In this document: in pieces, positions 20,781-31,291 of the stretch
Position numbering within the stretch: the first letter of the stretch is position 1
How the letters are laid out: each line of letters starts with the position of its first letter
Source: Dickeya dadantii NCPPB 898
Lineage (GTDB): Bacteria; Pseudomonadota; Gammaproteobacteria; Enterobacterales; Enterobacteriaceae
Assembly: GCF_000406145.1 (NCBI RefSeq)
Contig: NZ_CM001976.1
Coordinates: forward strand, 4,519,545 to 4,551,544
DNA: 32,000 nucleotides
Direction: 5' to 3'
Made by a program: the position numbers and the translations under genes
Notes under the pieces: model-generated
The model's input: only the letters and a program-made list of their open reading frames with translations
Databases searched by the model: none
What the model was told of the DNA's origin: nothing

Positions 20781-20806
20781 TACCCATTAATGGGTAGCAT
20801 TAATGG
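20781..20806. promoter_or_regulatory. Perfect 16-bp palindrome TACCCATTAATGGGTA plus an adjacent CATTAATGG repeat, upstream of ubiE
   Basis: Positions 20781-20796 are self-complementary over all 16 nt. CATTAATGG recurs at 20798-20806, 13 bp out of phase with 20785-20793. The site lies 36-61 nt upstream of the ubiE ATG. Its function is unknown. Confidence 0.5.
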
Positions 20807-20879
20807 ACAGAGAGTGTAACAGACCCCGCCTAAAAGCGACCGCCCTTCTTTTCACCCTGAACATCGAACCTGATCAACA

Positions 20880-22412
20880 TCATACCGCCGTGCCGTTTGG
20901 CACATCATCCATACCGCGTTCAGCCGCATCGTCATCCAGATCCTGCGACAGCGCGGGCAGCTCATCATACGCCAACGGTTCGTCTTGCATTACGGGCACG
21001 TTGACCGGCCGCTTAATCTCCACCCCTAGCGCACGAAACCCTTCGGCCTGACCGATCAGGTTGCCGCGCCCGGACGCCAGCTTTTTCATCGCCTGACGGT
21101 AACCGGCCTGCGCCTTATCCAGCCCCTGCCCCAGCGCGGCCATGTCATCAACGAACAAACGCAGTTTGTCATACAGCCGGGACGCCCGTTCGGCGATCAG
21201 TTGCGCATTGCGGCTTTGCTGCTCGTAACGCCAGAGATTGTTAATCGTCCGTAACGCTACCAGCAAAGTCGTGGGGCTGACCAGCATAATATTGTGACGC
21301 AATGCCTCGGTAATCAGATCAGGCTGGCGGTCGATCGCCACCAGGAACGCCGGCTCGACCGGGATGAACATCAGGACATAGTCGAGCGAACGCAACCCCG
21401 GCAGTTGCTGATAGTCTTTGCTGCCCAGCAGCCGGATATGATTGCGGATGGACAGCAGATGCTCGTTTAGCGCCGCAGCCCGTTCGGCCTCGTTGTCGCT
21501 GTTGAAATAGCGCTCATAGGCCACCAGCGACATTTTGGCGTCAATAACCACATCTTTGCCGTGCGGCAGCCGGACGATCACATCCGGTTGCAGGCGACTG
21601 TTGTTGCCGGTTTGCACGCTGACCTGGGTGTCATATTCATGCCCTTCGCGCAACCCGGAGCTTTCCAGCACCCGGCTTAACACCACTTCTCCCCAGTTGC
21701 CCTGGGTTTTGTTGTCCCCTTTCAGCGCGTTGGTGAGGTTGATGGCTTCCTGCGCCATACGGGCGTTAAGCTGTTGCAGGTTACGGATCTCATGGGCCAG
21801 CGTATGCCGCTCCTTCGATTCCGCGCCAAAGCTCTCCTGCACCTGACGGCGAAAACCGTCCAGCTGTTCGCGCAACGGCGTCAGCAGCTTTTCCATGCTC
21901 TGCTGATTTTGTTGATCCACTTTGTGCCCGTTCTGTTCAAAGATGCGATTGGCAAGGTTTTCAAACTGGGTGGACAACCGCTGTTCGCTGTTCATCAACA
22001 ACCGCTGCTTTTCTTCCGCCGCCAGCCGGGTTTCTTCAAGACGGATCGTCACTTCGCGCAGTTCCGCTTCCTGCGCGCCGTTGGCTTCGCGCAGCGCACG
22101 CAATTCCTGATTAAGCTGAAGGCACTCTTCCCGCAGCTCCGCCAGTTGCCGCAATTTTTCCTCGCCGGCCGCCAGTTGGCCGTGCAGCGTGCGCAATTCC
22201 TGCGTCTGCTGATCCAGCCGCTGCTGGTCCTGCAGCCGTATCTGCTGGCTTTCAATCAGCTGTTGGCGCGTCTGCTCCAGCGCCTGCTGTTGCAACTGCA
22301 ATTCGGTGTCATGCCGCGCCTGACGCTGCTGCTGCCACAGGCTGGCGGCCAGCCAGCCCAGCAACAGACCAACCACGCCACCGCCGACGCCATAAAACAA
22401 GGAGATCTCCAC
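20880..22412 (-). CDS. rmuC: DNA recombination protein RmuC
   Basis: The 510-aa ORF has an N-terminal TM segment, a long Q/E/L-rich coiled coil, and a conserved C-terminal nuclease-like core (NWGEVVLSRVLESSGLREG...MFIPVEPAF...). It has a GTG start at 22412 with a GGAGG SD 5 nt upstream. Confidence 0.92.
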   Translation of the reverse strand: MEISLFYGVGGGVVGLLLGWLAASLWQQQRQARHDTELQLQQQALEQTRQQLIESQQIRLQDQQRLDQQTQELRTLHGQLAAGEEKLRQLAELREECLQLNQELRALREANGAQEAELREVTIRLEETRLAAEEKQRLLMNSEQRLSTQFENLANRIFEQNGHKVDQQNQQSMEKLLTPLREQLDGFRRQVQESFGAESKERHTLAHEIRNLQQLNARMAQEAINLTNALKGDNKTQGNWGEVVLSRVLESSGLREGHEYDTQVSVQTGNNSRLQPDVIVRLPHGKDVVIDAKMSLVAYERYFNSDNEAERAAALNEHLLSIRNHIRLLGSKDYQQLPGLRSLDYVLMFIPVEPAFLVAIDRQPDLITEALRHNIMLVSPTTLLVALRTINNLWRYEQQSRNAQLIAERASRLYDKLRLFVDDMAALGQGLDKAQAGYRQAMKKLASGRGNLIGQAEGFRALGVEIKRPVNVPVMQDEPLAYDELPALSQDLDDDAAERGMDDVPNGTAV

Positions 22413-22552
22413 ACCGCCTCCGGGTTATGTGTACCACTGCCCGCCAAGGTAAAATGAGGCTGTATATATGTCCAGAGGTTACGCGAGAAATCGGCCGAAA
22501 AAGCCGCTGTCAAACGAGAAAATGCGAGCCGACTTCAGAAAGCAGGCGACAG

Positions 22553-22581
22553 AAAAAACAAAACCGGCCCAGGGGCCGGTT
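22553..22581 (-). terminator. Rho-independent terminator of argCBH
   Basis: The minus-strand RNA reads AACCGGCC-CCUG-GGCCGGUU followed by UUGUUUUUUCU. The stem is 22562-22569 paired with 22574-22581. Confidence 0.85.
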
Positions 22582-22600
22582 CTGTAACTTATCGCAGAGA

Positions 22601-23974
22601 CTACGCCAGACGCCGTTTTGCGTCGGCGATGGCGCGTGCGACCTGCTCCGGCGATACCCCGCCCTGCGCGGCGCGTTTTTCCAGACAGGACTGCAACGAC
22701 AGCACCGGATACACATCGTCTTCAATTACGGCGCTGAACTGTTTGAGATCCGCCAGCGACAACGCTTCCAGCGCTTTACCCTGACGAATGGCCCCCACTA
22801 CCGCCTCGCCGACGATGTGGTGCGCTTCGCGGAACGGCACGCCTTTAGCGACCAGATAGTCGGCCAGTTCGGTGGCGTTGGCGTAGCCTTGCTGCGCCGC
22901 TTCCTGACAGCGCGGACGTTTCACCTGGATGCCTTCCAGCACCAGCGCCGCCATCAGCAAGCAGTCGTGCCAGGTGTCCAGCGCGTCGAACAGCCCTTCC
23001 TTATCTTCCTGCATGTCTTTGTTGTACGCCAGCGGCAAGCCTTTCAGCGTCACCAGCATGCCGGCCAGCGCGCCCTGCACCCGGCCGCACTTGCCGCGGA
23101 TCAGCTCCAGCGCGTCCGGGTTCTTTTTCTGCGGCATCAGCGAAGAGCCGGAGGTAACGCGGTCGGACAGCTCGACAAACGCCGCTTCGCCGCTGTTGAA
23201 GAAAATCAAATCTTCGGCGAAGCGCGACAGGTGCACCATACCGATGGACGCATCGGACAGCAGTTCCAGCACGTGATCGCGATCGGATACCGTGTCCAGA
23301 CTGTTGCGCGTCGCCGAGGCAAAGCCCAGCCAGCCGGCCAGTTGCTCGCGGTCGATAGGGTACGCGGTACCTGCCAGCGCGCCGCATCCCAGCGGGCTGA
23401 CGTCCAGACGCGTGAGCGTGTCTTCCAGACGGCTTTCGTCACGCGAGAGCATTTCGTGATAGGCCAGACACCAGTGGGCGAAGGTTACCGGCTGTGCGCG
23501 CTGCAGGTGGGTATACCCCGGCATCACCGCGTCCTGATTGGCTTCAGCGGTAGCGACCAGCGCGGCGCGCAGATGACGAATCGCCTGCGCCAGCTCGCTC
23601 ACCTGCGCCTTGCACCACAGTTTCAGATCGGTAGCGACCTGATCGTTACGGCTGCGCCCGGTGTGCAGTTTCTTGCCCAGATCGCCGACTTTCTCGATCA
23701 GCTTCTGCTCCACCCAGCTGTGGATGTCTTCCGCATCGCTTTGCAGGATAGCCTCGGGATCCGCCTGCACCTCTTTTAGCAGCGTATTGAGCGCCTGCTC
23801 CAGTTGCAGCTGTTCCTGAGCGCTCAGTACGTTCACCGTCACCAGCGCCTTGGACCAACCGATGGATCCGATGATGTCCTGCTCCGCCAGACGGTAATCA
23901 AACCGCAGTGAATCGTTGAACTGTTTAAAACGTTGATCTGCCGCCTGCGTGAACCGTCCGCCCCACAAAGCCAT
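22601..23974 (-). CDS. argH: Argininosuccinate lyase ArgH
   Basis: The 457-aa ORF ([34 protein letters not shown]...) carries the fumarate-lyase signature [12 protein letters not shown]. Confidence 0.96.
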   Translation of the reverse strand: MALWGGRFTQAADQRFKQFNDSLRFDYRLAEQDIIGSIGWSKALVTVNVLSAQEQLQLEQALNTLLKEVQADPEAILQSDAEDIHSWVEQKLIEKVGDLGKKLHTGRSRNDQVATDLKLWCKAQVSELAQAIRHLRAALVATAEANQDAVMPGYTHLQRAQPVTFAHWCLAYHEMLSRDESRLEDTLTRLDVSPLGCGALAGTAYPIDREQLAGWLGFASATRNSLDTVSDRDHVLELLSDASIGMVHLSRFAEDLIFFNSGEAAFVELSDRVTSGSSLMPQKKNPDALELIRGKCGRVQGALAGMLVTLKGLPLAYNKDMQEDKEGLFDALDTWHDCLLMAALVLEGIQVKRPRCQEAAQQGYANATELADYLVAKGVPFREAHHIVGEAVVGAIRQGKALEALSLADLKQFSAVIEDDVYPVLSLQSCLEKRAAQGGVSPEQVARAIADAKRRLA

Positions 23975-24091
23975 AACTACACTCCCGGTCTCTTTGATAA
24001 AGGCAGGCCGACTCCTGTCCGACCCGCCATTGAACTGCCCGTGTCTCTCCTGCGGTTTTCGCCGGGAGAAAACGTGTTTGATGTTCGCGGT

Positions 24092-24865
24092 TTACGCCAG
24101 AATACGGGTGCCGATGGACACGCCGTTGAACAACGCCGGCAACTGCTCGGCGTGGCGCCAGCTGGCGATATCCACCGGACGCCCCAGCGCGCGCGCCGCG
24201 TCCAGCGCCGCATTGACCTTGACGATCATGCCGTCGGTAATAATGCCCTGCGCGATCAGATCTTCTGCTTTACCGGCGGTCATTTCCGCGATGCGCTGGC
24301 CTTTGCCGTCCAGAATACCGCTGACATCGGACAGCAGGATCAGGTCGGCGCCCAGCGTCTGCGCCAGCGCGGTGGCGGCCTGGTCGGCGTTGACGTTCAT
24401 CAGTTCGCCGCCGGCGGTGATGCCGATGGAACTGATGACCGGCAGATAACCGGCATTCAGCAGGGTGTTGAGCAGCGCCGGAGAGCCGACTTCGGCTTTA
24501 CCCACGTGCCCCAGTTCGTCGTTCAGTTGCGTGACCACCGTACTGCCGCCATCCGCCAGACTCAGGCCCACGGCGTTGATGCCGTGACGAATCGCCCAGG
24601 CCAGCAGGGTTTTGTTGGCGGAACCGGCCAGCGCGCCGGTAATGATGTCGATCTGGTCGGCAGGCGTCACGCGCAGCCCGTTCTTCTTGACCACCGGCAA
24701 CGACAGCTTCTTCATCAGGTCGTCTACCAGACAGCCGCCGCCATGCACGATCACCAGCGGACGCTGATGCTGCTGGCGATAAGTCACCAGCGCGGTGAAC
24801 AGGCGCTCCAGCGCCTCTTCGCTATCCAGTAATACGCCGCCTAATTTGATAATTAACGGATTCAT
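24092..24865 (-). CDS. argB: Acetylglutamate kinase ArgB
   Basis: The 257-aa ORF starts [23 protein letters not shown]...VIVHGGG, matching E. coli ArgB. Confidence 0.95.
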   Translation of the reverse strand: MNPLIIKLGGVLLDSEEALERLFTALVTYRQQHQRPLVIVHGGGCLVDDLMKKLSLPVVKKNGLRVTPADQIDIITGALAGSANKTLLAWAIRHGINAVGLSLADGGSTVVTQLNDELGHVGKAEVGSPALLNTLLNAGYLPVISSIGITAGGELMNVNADQAATALAQTLGADLILLSDVSGILDGKGQRIAEMTAGKAEDLIAQGIITDGMIVKVNAALDAARALGRPVDIASWRHAEQLPALFNGVSIGTRILA

Positions 24866-24889
24866 CGGTCTTTGCGCCTCAGGGTGTCA

Positions 24890-25894
24890 TCAGAGTAAAG
24901 ATTGGGTTTCAGGGAAACCGAAGCGAATGTTCATGCACTGCACAGCCTGCGCCGCCGCGCCCTTGAGCAGGTTATCTTCGGTGGCGACCACGATCAGGTG
25001 TTCGTCCTGCACCACAAAGCCGATATCGCAGAACGGCAGACCGACCACCGATTTCAGCGCCGGCACGCCTTTTTCATACAACCGCACCAGCGGTTTATCA
25101 TGGTAGGCGTTGTGGTAGGCTTCCGCCACGTCCTGCGCGGTAACGCCCGGCTGCAGACGGCAGGTGATGGTAGCCAGAATGCCGCGCGGGAAGTTGCCCA
25201 GATGCGGGGTGAAAATCACCGGAATGCCGAGATGAGTAGCGATTTCCGGATGATGGCGATGGTTGAAGATGCCGTACGGCTGCAGGCTGACTTCACAGAA
25301 GCTGTTGGTCATGCTCGCTTTACGACCAGCGCCGCTGACGCCGCTGGTGGCGTCGATCACCGGCCACTGGTTCGGGTTCAGCAGGCCGCCTTCCACCAGC
25401 GGTTTCAATGCCAGCTGGGACGCGGTCGGATAACACCCCGGCACCGCGATCAGCTGCGCCTGCTTGATGCCGTCCGCCTGCCATTCCGCCAGGCCGTACA
25501 CCGCCTGCGCCAGCCAGTCGGTATGCTGGTGCTCGAAGCCGTAGTAACGGGTGTAGAATTCAGGGTCCTGCACGCGGAACGCGCCGGAAAGATCGAACAC
25601 GGTGCAGCCGGCGCTCAGGAACTGCGGCGCCAGGTCGTGACTCACCTTATGGTCGGTGGCCAGAAACACCACGTCCACGCCTTTGGCGGCGTCGGCCGCG
25701 TCGGTCAGCGGTTGTACCGGTAAGTCAATAATGCCTTTAAGCTGGCGATGCAGGTCGGAAATGCGTTTTCCCGCATCAACGCTTTGCGCGGAAACCGCCA
25801 AAGCGGTTATGTTCATCTGCGGGTGACGGTTCAGGTACAGGGCCAGCTCAGCGCCGGTATAGCCACTTGCACCAACGATCAACGTATTCAGCAT
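24890..25894 (-). CDS. argC: N-acetyl-gamma-glutamyl-phosphate reductase ArgC
   Basis: The 334-aa ORF starts [21 protein letters not shown] and has the active-site region AVPGCYPTA. Confidence 0.95.
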   Translation of the reverse strand: MLNTLIVGASGYTGAELALYLNRHPQMNITALAVSAQSVDAGKRISDLHRQLKGIIDLPVQPLTDAADAAKGVDVVFLATDHKVSHDLAPQFLSAGCTVFDLSGAFRVQDPEFYTRYYGFEHQHTDWLAQAVYGLAEWQADGIKQAQLIAVPGCYPTASQLALKPLVEGGLLNPNQWPVIDATSGVSGAGRKASMTNSFCEVSLQPYGIFNHRHHPEIATHLGIPVIFTPHLGNFPRGILATITCRLQPGVTAQDVAEAYHNAYHDKPLVRLYEKGVPALKSVVGLPFCDIGFVVQDEHLIVVATEDNLLKGAAAQAVQCMNIRFGFPETQSLL

Positions 25895-26043
25895 GAGTTC
25901 GGTATACCTTTATTGCCAGATAGGTGGAACAGGGAGCAGGCTCATCAGCGCGGCCACGCCGTTCACCCACCAAAGCCAGAAGAAACGATTATGCGACAAT
26001 CTCGCATCGCCGCACAGCTTATGATTTCATTTCGTCCGGCATT

Positions 26044-26082
26044 ATTGTATTTTTATTCACAATTAATGCATGAATATTGATA
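26044..26082. promoter_or_regulatory. Tandem ARG boxes (ArgR operator) of the divergent argE / argCBH control region
   Basis: Box 1 is ATTGTATTTTTATTCACA (26044-26061) and box 2 is AATGCATGAATATTGATA (26065-26082), 3 bp apart. Both fit TNTGAATWWWWATTCANW. On the reverse strand the pair reads TATCAATATTCATGCATT AAT TGTGAATAAAAATACAAT, close to the E. coli argECBH operator. Confidence 0.85.
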
Positions 26083-26108
26083 CTATCCTAACCCAGAGGC
26101 TGTCAACA

Positions 26109-27260
26109 GTGAAGATGAATTTACCCCCTTTTATGGAGCTGTACCGGGCATTGATCGCCACCCCGTCCATCAGCGCCACCGAGCGCGCCCTGGATCAAAG
26201 CAATGAGACCTTAATCAATCTGTTGGCGGGATGGTTTGGCGATCTGGGTTTTCATGTCGACGTGCAGCCGGTGCCCGGCACGTTTAACAAATTCAACCTG
26301 CTGGCCCGTCTGGGAGAAGGCAGCGGCGGGCTGCTGCTGGCCGGCCATACCGACACGGTGCCGTTCGACGACGGCCGCTGGACCCGCGACCCGTTCACCC
26401 TGACCGAACACGACAATAAGCTCTACGGGCTCGGCACCGCCGACATGAAAGGCTTTTTTGCCTTTATTCTCGATGCGCTGCGCGATGTGGATGCCAGTAA
26501 GCTGACCAAACCGCTGTACATTCTGGCTACCGCCGATGAAGAAACGACAATGGCGGGCGCCAAGTATTTCTCCGAATCGACCGGAATTCGCCCGGACTGC
26601 GCCATTATCGGCGAGCCGACGTCACTGCAGCCGGTGCGCGCCCACAAAGGCCATATGTCGAATGTCGTTCGTATTCAGGGCCAGTCCGGCCATTCCAGCG
26701 ATCCGTCGCGCGGCGTCAACGCCATCGAACTGATGCACGAAGCCATTTCCGAGCTGATGGTGCTGCGCAATACGCTGCAACAGCGCTATCACAACCCGGC
26801 GTTCCACATTCCTTACCCCACCATGAATTTCGGCCACATTCATGGCGGCGACGCCGCTAACCGCATCTGCGCCTGCTGCGACCTGCACATGGATATCCGC
26901 CCGCTGCCGGGCATGACGCTGAGCGATCTCAACGGCCTGTTGAGCGAAGCGCTGGCGCCGGTCAGCGAGCGCTGGCCGGGACGCCTGACCATCAGCGAAC
27001 TGCACCCGCCGATTCCGGGCTACGAATGCCCGGCGGATCATCATCTGGCGCAGGTGGTGGAAAAACTGGTGGGGCAGCCGACCGATGTGGTGAATTACTG
27101 CACCGAAGCGCCGTTCATTCAGGAACTGTGCCCGACGCTGGTGCTCGGCCCCGGCTCGATCAATCAGGCGCATCAGCCGGATGAATTTATCGACATGTCG
27201 TTCATCAAACCGACGCGCACCTTGATTACTCAGTTGGTGCATCACTTCTGTCAGCATTGA
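26109..27260 (+). CDS. argE: Acetylornithine deacetylase ArgE
   Basis: The sequence is collinear with E. coli ArgE ([21 protein letters not shown]...). A GTG start at 26109 (AGAGG 9 nt upstream) gives 383 aa, the same as E. coli. The ATG at 26115 is an alternative. The ORF-track ATG at 26070 lies inside ARG box 2. Confidence 0.9.
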   Translation: MKMNLPPFMELYRALIATPSISATERALDQSNETLINLLAGWFGDLGFHVDVQPVPGTFNKFNLLARLGEGSGGLLLAGHTDTVPFDDGRWTRDPFTLTEHDNKLYGLGTADMKGFFAFILDALRDVDASKLTKPLYILATADEETTMAGAKYFSESTGIRPDCAIIGEPTSLQPVRAHKGHMSNVVRIQGQSGHSSDPSRGVNAIELMHEAISELMVLRNTLQQRYHNPAFHIPYPTMNFGHIHGGDAANRICACCDLHMDIRPLPGMTLSDLNGLLSEALAPVSERWPGRLTISELHPPIPGYECPADHHLAQVVEKLVGQPTDVVNYCTEAPFIQELCPTLVLGPGSINQAHQPDEFIDMSFIKPTRTLITQLVHHFCQH

Positions 27261-27265
27261 TCTCA

Positions 27266-27306
27266 GCGCGTTGCCCGGCAGTCACCGTCAGGCAACGCGT
27301 TTTTTA
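27266..27306 (+). terminator. Rho-independent terminator of argE
   Basis: The stem pairs CGCGTTGCC (27267-27275) with GGCAACGCG (27291-27299) around a 15-nt loop, followed by TTTTTTATT. Confidence 0.8.
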
Positions 27307-27546
27307 TTGCCTTCCTTCTTTCGCCGCCCTTGCCTTCTCCGTCGCTCTAAGATAAGAGTCACTTATCTGCAAGCTTTTGTAATTAAATTTCACAAATTGC
27401 CTTTGCACCGGTTAAACGGGTACAACTGTAGGGATTAAGGGACGTTCATTGACGAACAATGGCGAACGTGGCTAGATAACAGACAGTAACCACACAATTT
27501 TTGTGTGTAATAAATTTACAAAATCAAGAGATGGGTCAGGGTAACT

Positions 27547-30186
27547 ATGAATGAACAATATTCCGCCATGCGGAGCAATGTCAGCATGCTGGGTAAACTA
27601 CTCGGCGACACCATCAAGGATGCGCTGGGCGCCAATATCCTTGAGCGTGTTGAAACAATCCGCAAGCTGTCCAAAGCCTCGCGGGCCGGCAGCGAAACAC
27701 ACCGTCAGGAACTGCTGACCACACTGCAGAACCTGTCCAACGATGAACTGCTGCCGGTCGCCCGCGCATTCAGCCAGTTCCTTAACCTGACCAACACCGC
27801 CGAGCAATACCACAGTATCTCTCCGCACGGCGAAGCGGCCAGTAACCCGGAAGCGCTGGCGACGGTGTTTCGCAGCCTGAAAAGCCGCGACAACCTGAGC
27901 GATAAAGACATCCGCGACGCGGTGGAGTCGCTCTCCATCGAGCTGGTGTTGACCGCGCACCCGACCGAAATCACCCGCCGTACGCTGATCCACAAACTGG
28001 TTGAAGTGAATACCTGCCTCAAGCAGCTCGATCACGACGATCTGGCCGATTATGAACGCCACCAGATCATGCGCCGCCTGCGCCAGCTGATCGCCCAATA
28101 CTGGCATACCGATGAAATCCGCAAAATCCGCCCGACGCCGGTGGACGAAGCCAAGTGGGGCTTCGCGGTGGTGGAAAATAGCCTGTGGGAAGGGGTGCCG
28201 GCGTTTCTGCGCGAACTCGACGAGCAGATGGGTAAAGAGTTGGGCTACCGTCTGCCGGTAGATTCGGTGCCGGTACGCTTCACCTCCTGGATGGGCGGCG
28301 ACCGCGACGGCAACCCGAACGTGACCTCTGAAGTCACTCGCCGCGTGCTGCTGCTAAGCCGCTGGAAAGCCGCGGACCTGTTCCTGCGCGACGTACAGGT
28401 GCTGGTTTCCGAACTGTCGATGACCACCTGTACGCCGGAGCTGCAACAGCTGGCAGGCGGCGACGAGGTGCAGGAACCCTACCGCGAACTGATGAAAGCG
28501 CTGCGCGCACAGTTGACCGCTACCCTGGATTATCTGGACGCGCGTCTGAAAGGCGGGCAACAAGTGCCGCCCAAAGATCTGCTGGTCACCAACGAGCAGT
28601 TATGGGAACCGCTGTACGCCTGTTACCAGTCGCTGCATGCCTGCGGCATGGGCATCATCGCCGACGGCCAGTTACTCGATACCCTGCGCCGGGTACGTTG
28701 CTTTGGCGTGCCGCTGGTGCGTATCGATGTGCGTCAGGAAAGCACCCGTCACACCGACGCGCTGGCGGAAATCACCCGCTATCTGGGGCTGGGAGACTAC
28801 GAAAGCTGGTCGGAATCCGACAAGCAGGCGTTCCTGATCCGTGAACTCAACTCCAAGCGTCCGCTGTTGCCGCGTCAGTGGGAACCGAGCGCCGACACCC
28901 AGGAAGTGCTGGAAACCTGCCGGGTGATCGCCGAAACCCCGCGCGACTCCATCGCCGCCTACGTGATTTCGATGGCGCGCACCCCGTCCGACGTGCTGGC
29001 GGTGCATTTGCTGCTGAAAGAAGCCGGCTGTCCGTACGCGCTGCCGGTGGCGCCGCTGTTCGAAACGCTGGACGACCTGAATAACGCCGACAGCGTCATG
29101 ATCCAGTTGCTCAACATCGACTGGTATCGCGGCTTCATTCAGGGCAAGCAGATGGTGATGATCGGCTATTCCGACTCCGCCAAAGACGCCGGGGTAATGG
29201 CGGCCTCCTGGGCGCAGTACCGCGCGCAAGACGCACTGATCAAGACCTGCGAGAAATACGGCATCGCGCTGACGCTGTTCCACGGTCGCGGCGGTTCGAT
29301 TGGCCGCGGCGGCGCGCCGGCTCACGCCGCGCTGCTTTCCCAACCGCCGGGCAGCCTGAAAGGCGGCCTGCGCGTCACCGAACAGGGCGAGATGATCCGC
29401 TTTAAGTTCGGCCTGCCGGAAGTCACCATCAGCAGCCTGTCGCTCTACACGTCCGCCATTCTGGAAGCCAACCTGTTGCCGCCGCCGGAGCCGAAGCAGG
29501 AGTGGCATCACATCATGAACGAGCTGTCGCGCATTTCCTGCGACATGTACCGCGGCTACGTACGGGAAAACCCGGATTTCGTGCCCTACTTCCGCGCCGC
29601 CACGCCGGAACTGGAACTGGGCAAACTGCCGTTGGGGTCACGTCCGGCCAAGCGTCGGCCGAACGGCGGGGTGGAAAGCCTGCGCGCCATCCCGTGGATT
29701 TTCGCCTGGACCCAGAACCGCCTGATGCTGCCCGCCTGGTTGGGCGCCGGCGCCGCGCTGCAAAAAGTGATCGACGACGGTCACCAGAACCAGCTGGAAG
29801 CGATGTGCCGCGACTGGCCGTTCTTCTCCACCCGTATCGGTATGCTGGAAATGGTATTCGCCAAGGCCGACCTGTGGCTGGCGGAATACTACGATCAGCG
29901 GCTGGTGGAAGAGAAACTGTGGTCGCTCGGCAAACAGCTGCGTGAGCAACTGGAGAAAGACATCAAAGCGGTGCTGACCATCTCCAACGACGACCATCTG
30001 ATGGCTGATTTGCCGTGGATCGCCGAATCCATCGCGCTGCGCAACGTCTACACCGACCCGCTCAACGTGCTGCAGGCGGAGCTGCTGCACCGTTCACGCC
30101 AGCAGGAAACACTGGACCCGCAGGTGGAACAGGCGCTGATGGTCACCATCGCCGGCGTCGCCGCCGGGATGCGCAATACCGGCTAA
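27547..30186 (+). CDS. ppc: Phosphoenolpyruvate carboxylase Ppc
   Basis: The 879-aa ORF ([28 protein letters not shown]...) has the VLTAHPTE and [12 protein letters not shown] motifs and the C-terminal MRNTG. Confidence 0.97.
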   Translation: MNEQYSAMRSNVSMLGKLLGDTIKDALGANILERVETIRKLSKASRAGSETHRQELLTTLQNLSNDELLPVARAFSQFLNLTNTAEQYHSISPHGEAASNPEALATVFRSLKSRDNLSDKDIRDAVESLSIELVLTAHPTEITRRTLIHKLVEVNTCLKQLDHDDLADYERHQIMRRLRQLIAQYWHTDEIRKIRPTPVDEAKWGFAVVENSLWEGVPAFLRELDEQMGKELGYRLPVDSVPVRFTSWMGGDRDGNPNVTSEVTRRVLLLSRWKAADLFLRDVQVLVSELSMTTCTPELQQLAGGDEVQEPYRELMKALRAQLTATLDYLDARLKGGQQVPPKDLLVTNEQLWEPLYACYQSLHACGMGIIADGQLLDTLRRVRCFGVPLVRIDVRQESTRHTDALAEITRYLGLGDYESWSESDKQAFLIRELNSKRPLLPRQWEPSADTQEVLETCRVIAETPRDSIAAYVISMARTPSDVLAVHLLLKEAGCPYALPVAPLFETLDDLNNADSVMIQLLNIDWYRGFIQGKQMVMIGYSDSAKDAGVMAASWAQYRAQDALIKTCEKYGIALTLFHGRGGSIGRGGAPAHAALLSQPPGSLKGGLRVTEQGEMIRFKFGLPEVTISSLSLYTSAILEANLLPPPEPKQEWHHIMNELSRISCDMYRGYVRENPDFVPYFRAATPELELGKLPLGSRPAKRRPNGGVESLRAIPWIFAWTQNRLMLPAWLGAGAALQKVIDDGHQNQLEAMCRDWPFFSTRIGMLEMVFAKADLWLAEYYDQRLVEEKLWSLGKQLREQLEKDIKAVLTISNDDHLMADLPWIAESIALRNVYTDPLNVLQAELLHRSRQQETLDPQVEQALMVTIAGVAAGMRNTG

Positions 30187-30203
30187 TCGCCGGCACAACA
30201 CGG

Positions 30204-30231
30204 AAACCGGGAGCCATCGCTCCCGGTTTTT
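30204..30231 (+). terminator. Rho-independent terminator of ppc
   Basis: An 11-bp stem pairs AAACCGGGAGC (30204-30214) with GCTCCCGGTTT (30219-30229) around a 4-nt loop, in a run of five T (30227-30231). Confidence 0.85.
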
Positions 30232-30250
30232 ACTGCAATCGTTCACCCCA

Positions 30251-31033
30251 TCACGCCAGATACTTCGCCCGCAACCCTTCCCGCGCCGAGGCGTCCAGCC
30301 CGTAATCCTGCTCCAGCCAGTTATCCACCGAGCCGTGTCGCTCGCGGATGGTATGCAGCGCGGTCACCAGAAACTCTTCGCGGGCGGAAAGCACGAAATC
30401 AAAGCGTTTCAGCGCCTTTTCGCTCAGGCTCGACGCCAGGTCTTCCAGCAACTGGCGACGGAATGAAATCAGGGTGGATTCGGTGACCAGATAATCCTCC
30501 ATCACCGTTTGCTCATCCGCGCCCAGCGCGAACAACACCAGCGCGGAACCAATGCCGGTACGATCCTTGCCCACCGCGCAATGCTGCACCAGCGCGCCAT
30601 CGTCAGGCTGGCGCAGCAACGCCACCAGATGCTGGTAGGCCGGATTGCCGAACGGCAGGCGGCGGTACAGCTCCAGCATAAAGGCGCGGGAATCGAACGC
30701 TTCGAGCTTTTCCGAGCCCAGCGTTTCCAGGCTGGCGGTAACTTCATGCCGCAGCGGATTGGCGGAAACCTGATGATAACGGGCGCCGGACCACAATCGG
30801 TCGGGTCGCTGCGAGGCTTCATCCTGATCGCGATAGTCCACCACATGCGCCACCGGCACACTGGCGAGATGGTCGATGTCGCGTTCGCTCAGCATGTCCA
30901 GCGCGCCGGAGCGAAACAGCCTGCCACGGCGGACCTGGCGCCCGTCCGCCACGCGGATTCCCCCCAGATCACGGAAATTGACGCCACCTTCAAGCGGCAG
31001 CAACGAGGGATGCAGTAATGAGGTTAAAGTCAT
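30251..31033 (-). CDS. Protein tyrosine/serine phosphatase-like protein (CX5R P-loop, Y_phosphatase3-like family)
   Basis: The 260-aa ORF starts NFRDLGG and has the catalytic P-loop VQHCAVGKDRTG (HCX5R(S/T)). I see no signal peptide. The substrate is unknown. Confidence 0.75.
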   Translation of the reverse strand: MTLTSLLHPSLLPLEGGVNFRDLGGIRVADGRQVRRGRLFRSGALDMLSERDIDHLASVPVAHVVDYRDQDEASQRPDRLWSGARYHQVSANPLRHEVTASLETLGSEKLEAFDSRAFMLELYRRLPFGNPAYQHLVALLRQPDDGALVQHCAVGKDRTGIGSALVLFALGADEQTVMEDYLVTESTLISFRRQLLEDLASSLSEKALKRFDFVLSAREEFLVTALHTIRERHGSVDNWLEQDYGLDASAREGLRAKYLA

Positions 31034-31069
31034 ATTTTTCCCTGTAGTTATAATGTCGAGTAATCAACG

Positions 31070-31101
31070 CTGAGTCATGAATGCACTGAGTTATGAATGC
31101 C
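31070..31101. repeat. 16-bp tandem direct repeat (CTGAGTCATGAATGCA / CTGAGTTATGAATGCC) upstream of the phosphatase gene
   Basis: Two adjacent copies match at 14 of 16 positions, 37-68 nt upstream of the ATG at 31033. This is a candidate regulator-binding site. Confidence 0.7.
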
Positions 31102-31254
31102 AAGCTATCAAGACTGGGCTATCGCTGCTGAGTGGTTACGGTTAACTCACCGTCGGATGATGGAAACCAGCTCGTATTATCAGACCTGACAATTAAATTA
31201 GCATGAAGGCGGGCATACAGATGAACCGCGCGTGGGGAAATTCCCACGGAAACT

Positions 31255-31291
31255 GAAAAAGCGGTACGAGGACGCGGCTGTCTCGTACCGC
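31255..31291 (-). terminator. Rho-independent terminator of udp
   Basis: A 10-bp stem pairs GCGGTACGAG (31261-31270) with CTCGTACCGC (31282-31291) around an 11-nt loop. On the minus strand it is followed by TTTTTCAG. Confidence 0.8.

Noticed and set aside
20803-21051. An 82-aa plus-strand ORF starting in the rmuC-ubiE spacer and running antisense into rmuC.
   Set aside because: The translation is serine- and alanine-rich low-complexity sequence with no SD, and it overlaps the conserved rmuC 3' end. I judge it a shadow ORF.
31077-31145. A 22-codon small ORF (MNALSYECQAIKTGLSLLSGYG) starting inside the 16-bp tandem repeats.
   Set aside because: It has no SD, its start codon is generated by the repeat itself, and I cannot assess conservation. 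The repeats are more simply explained as promoter architecture.
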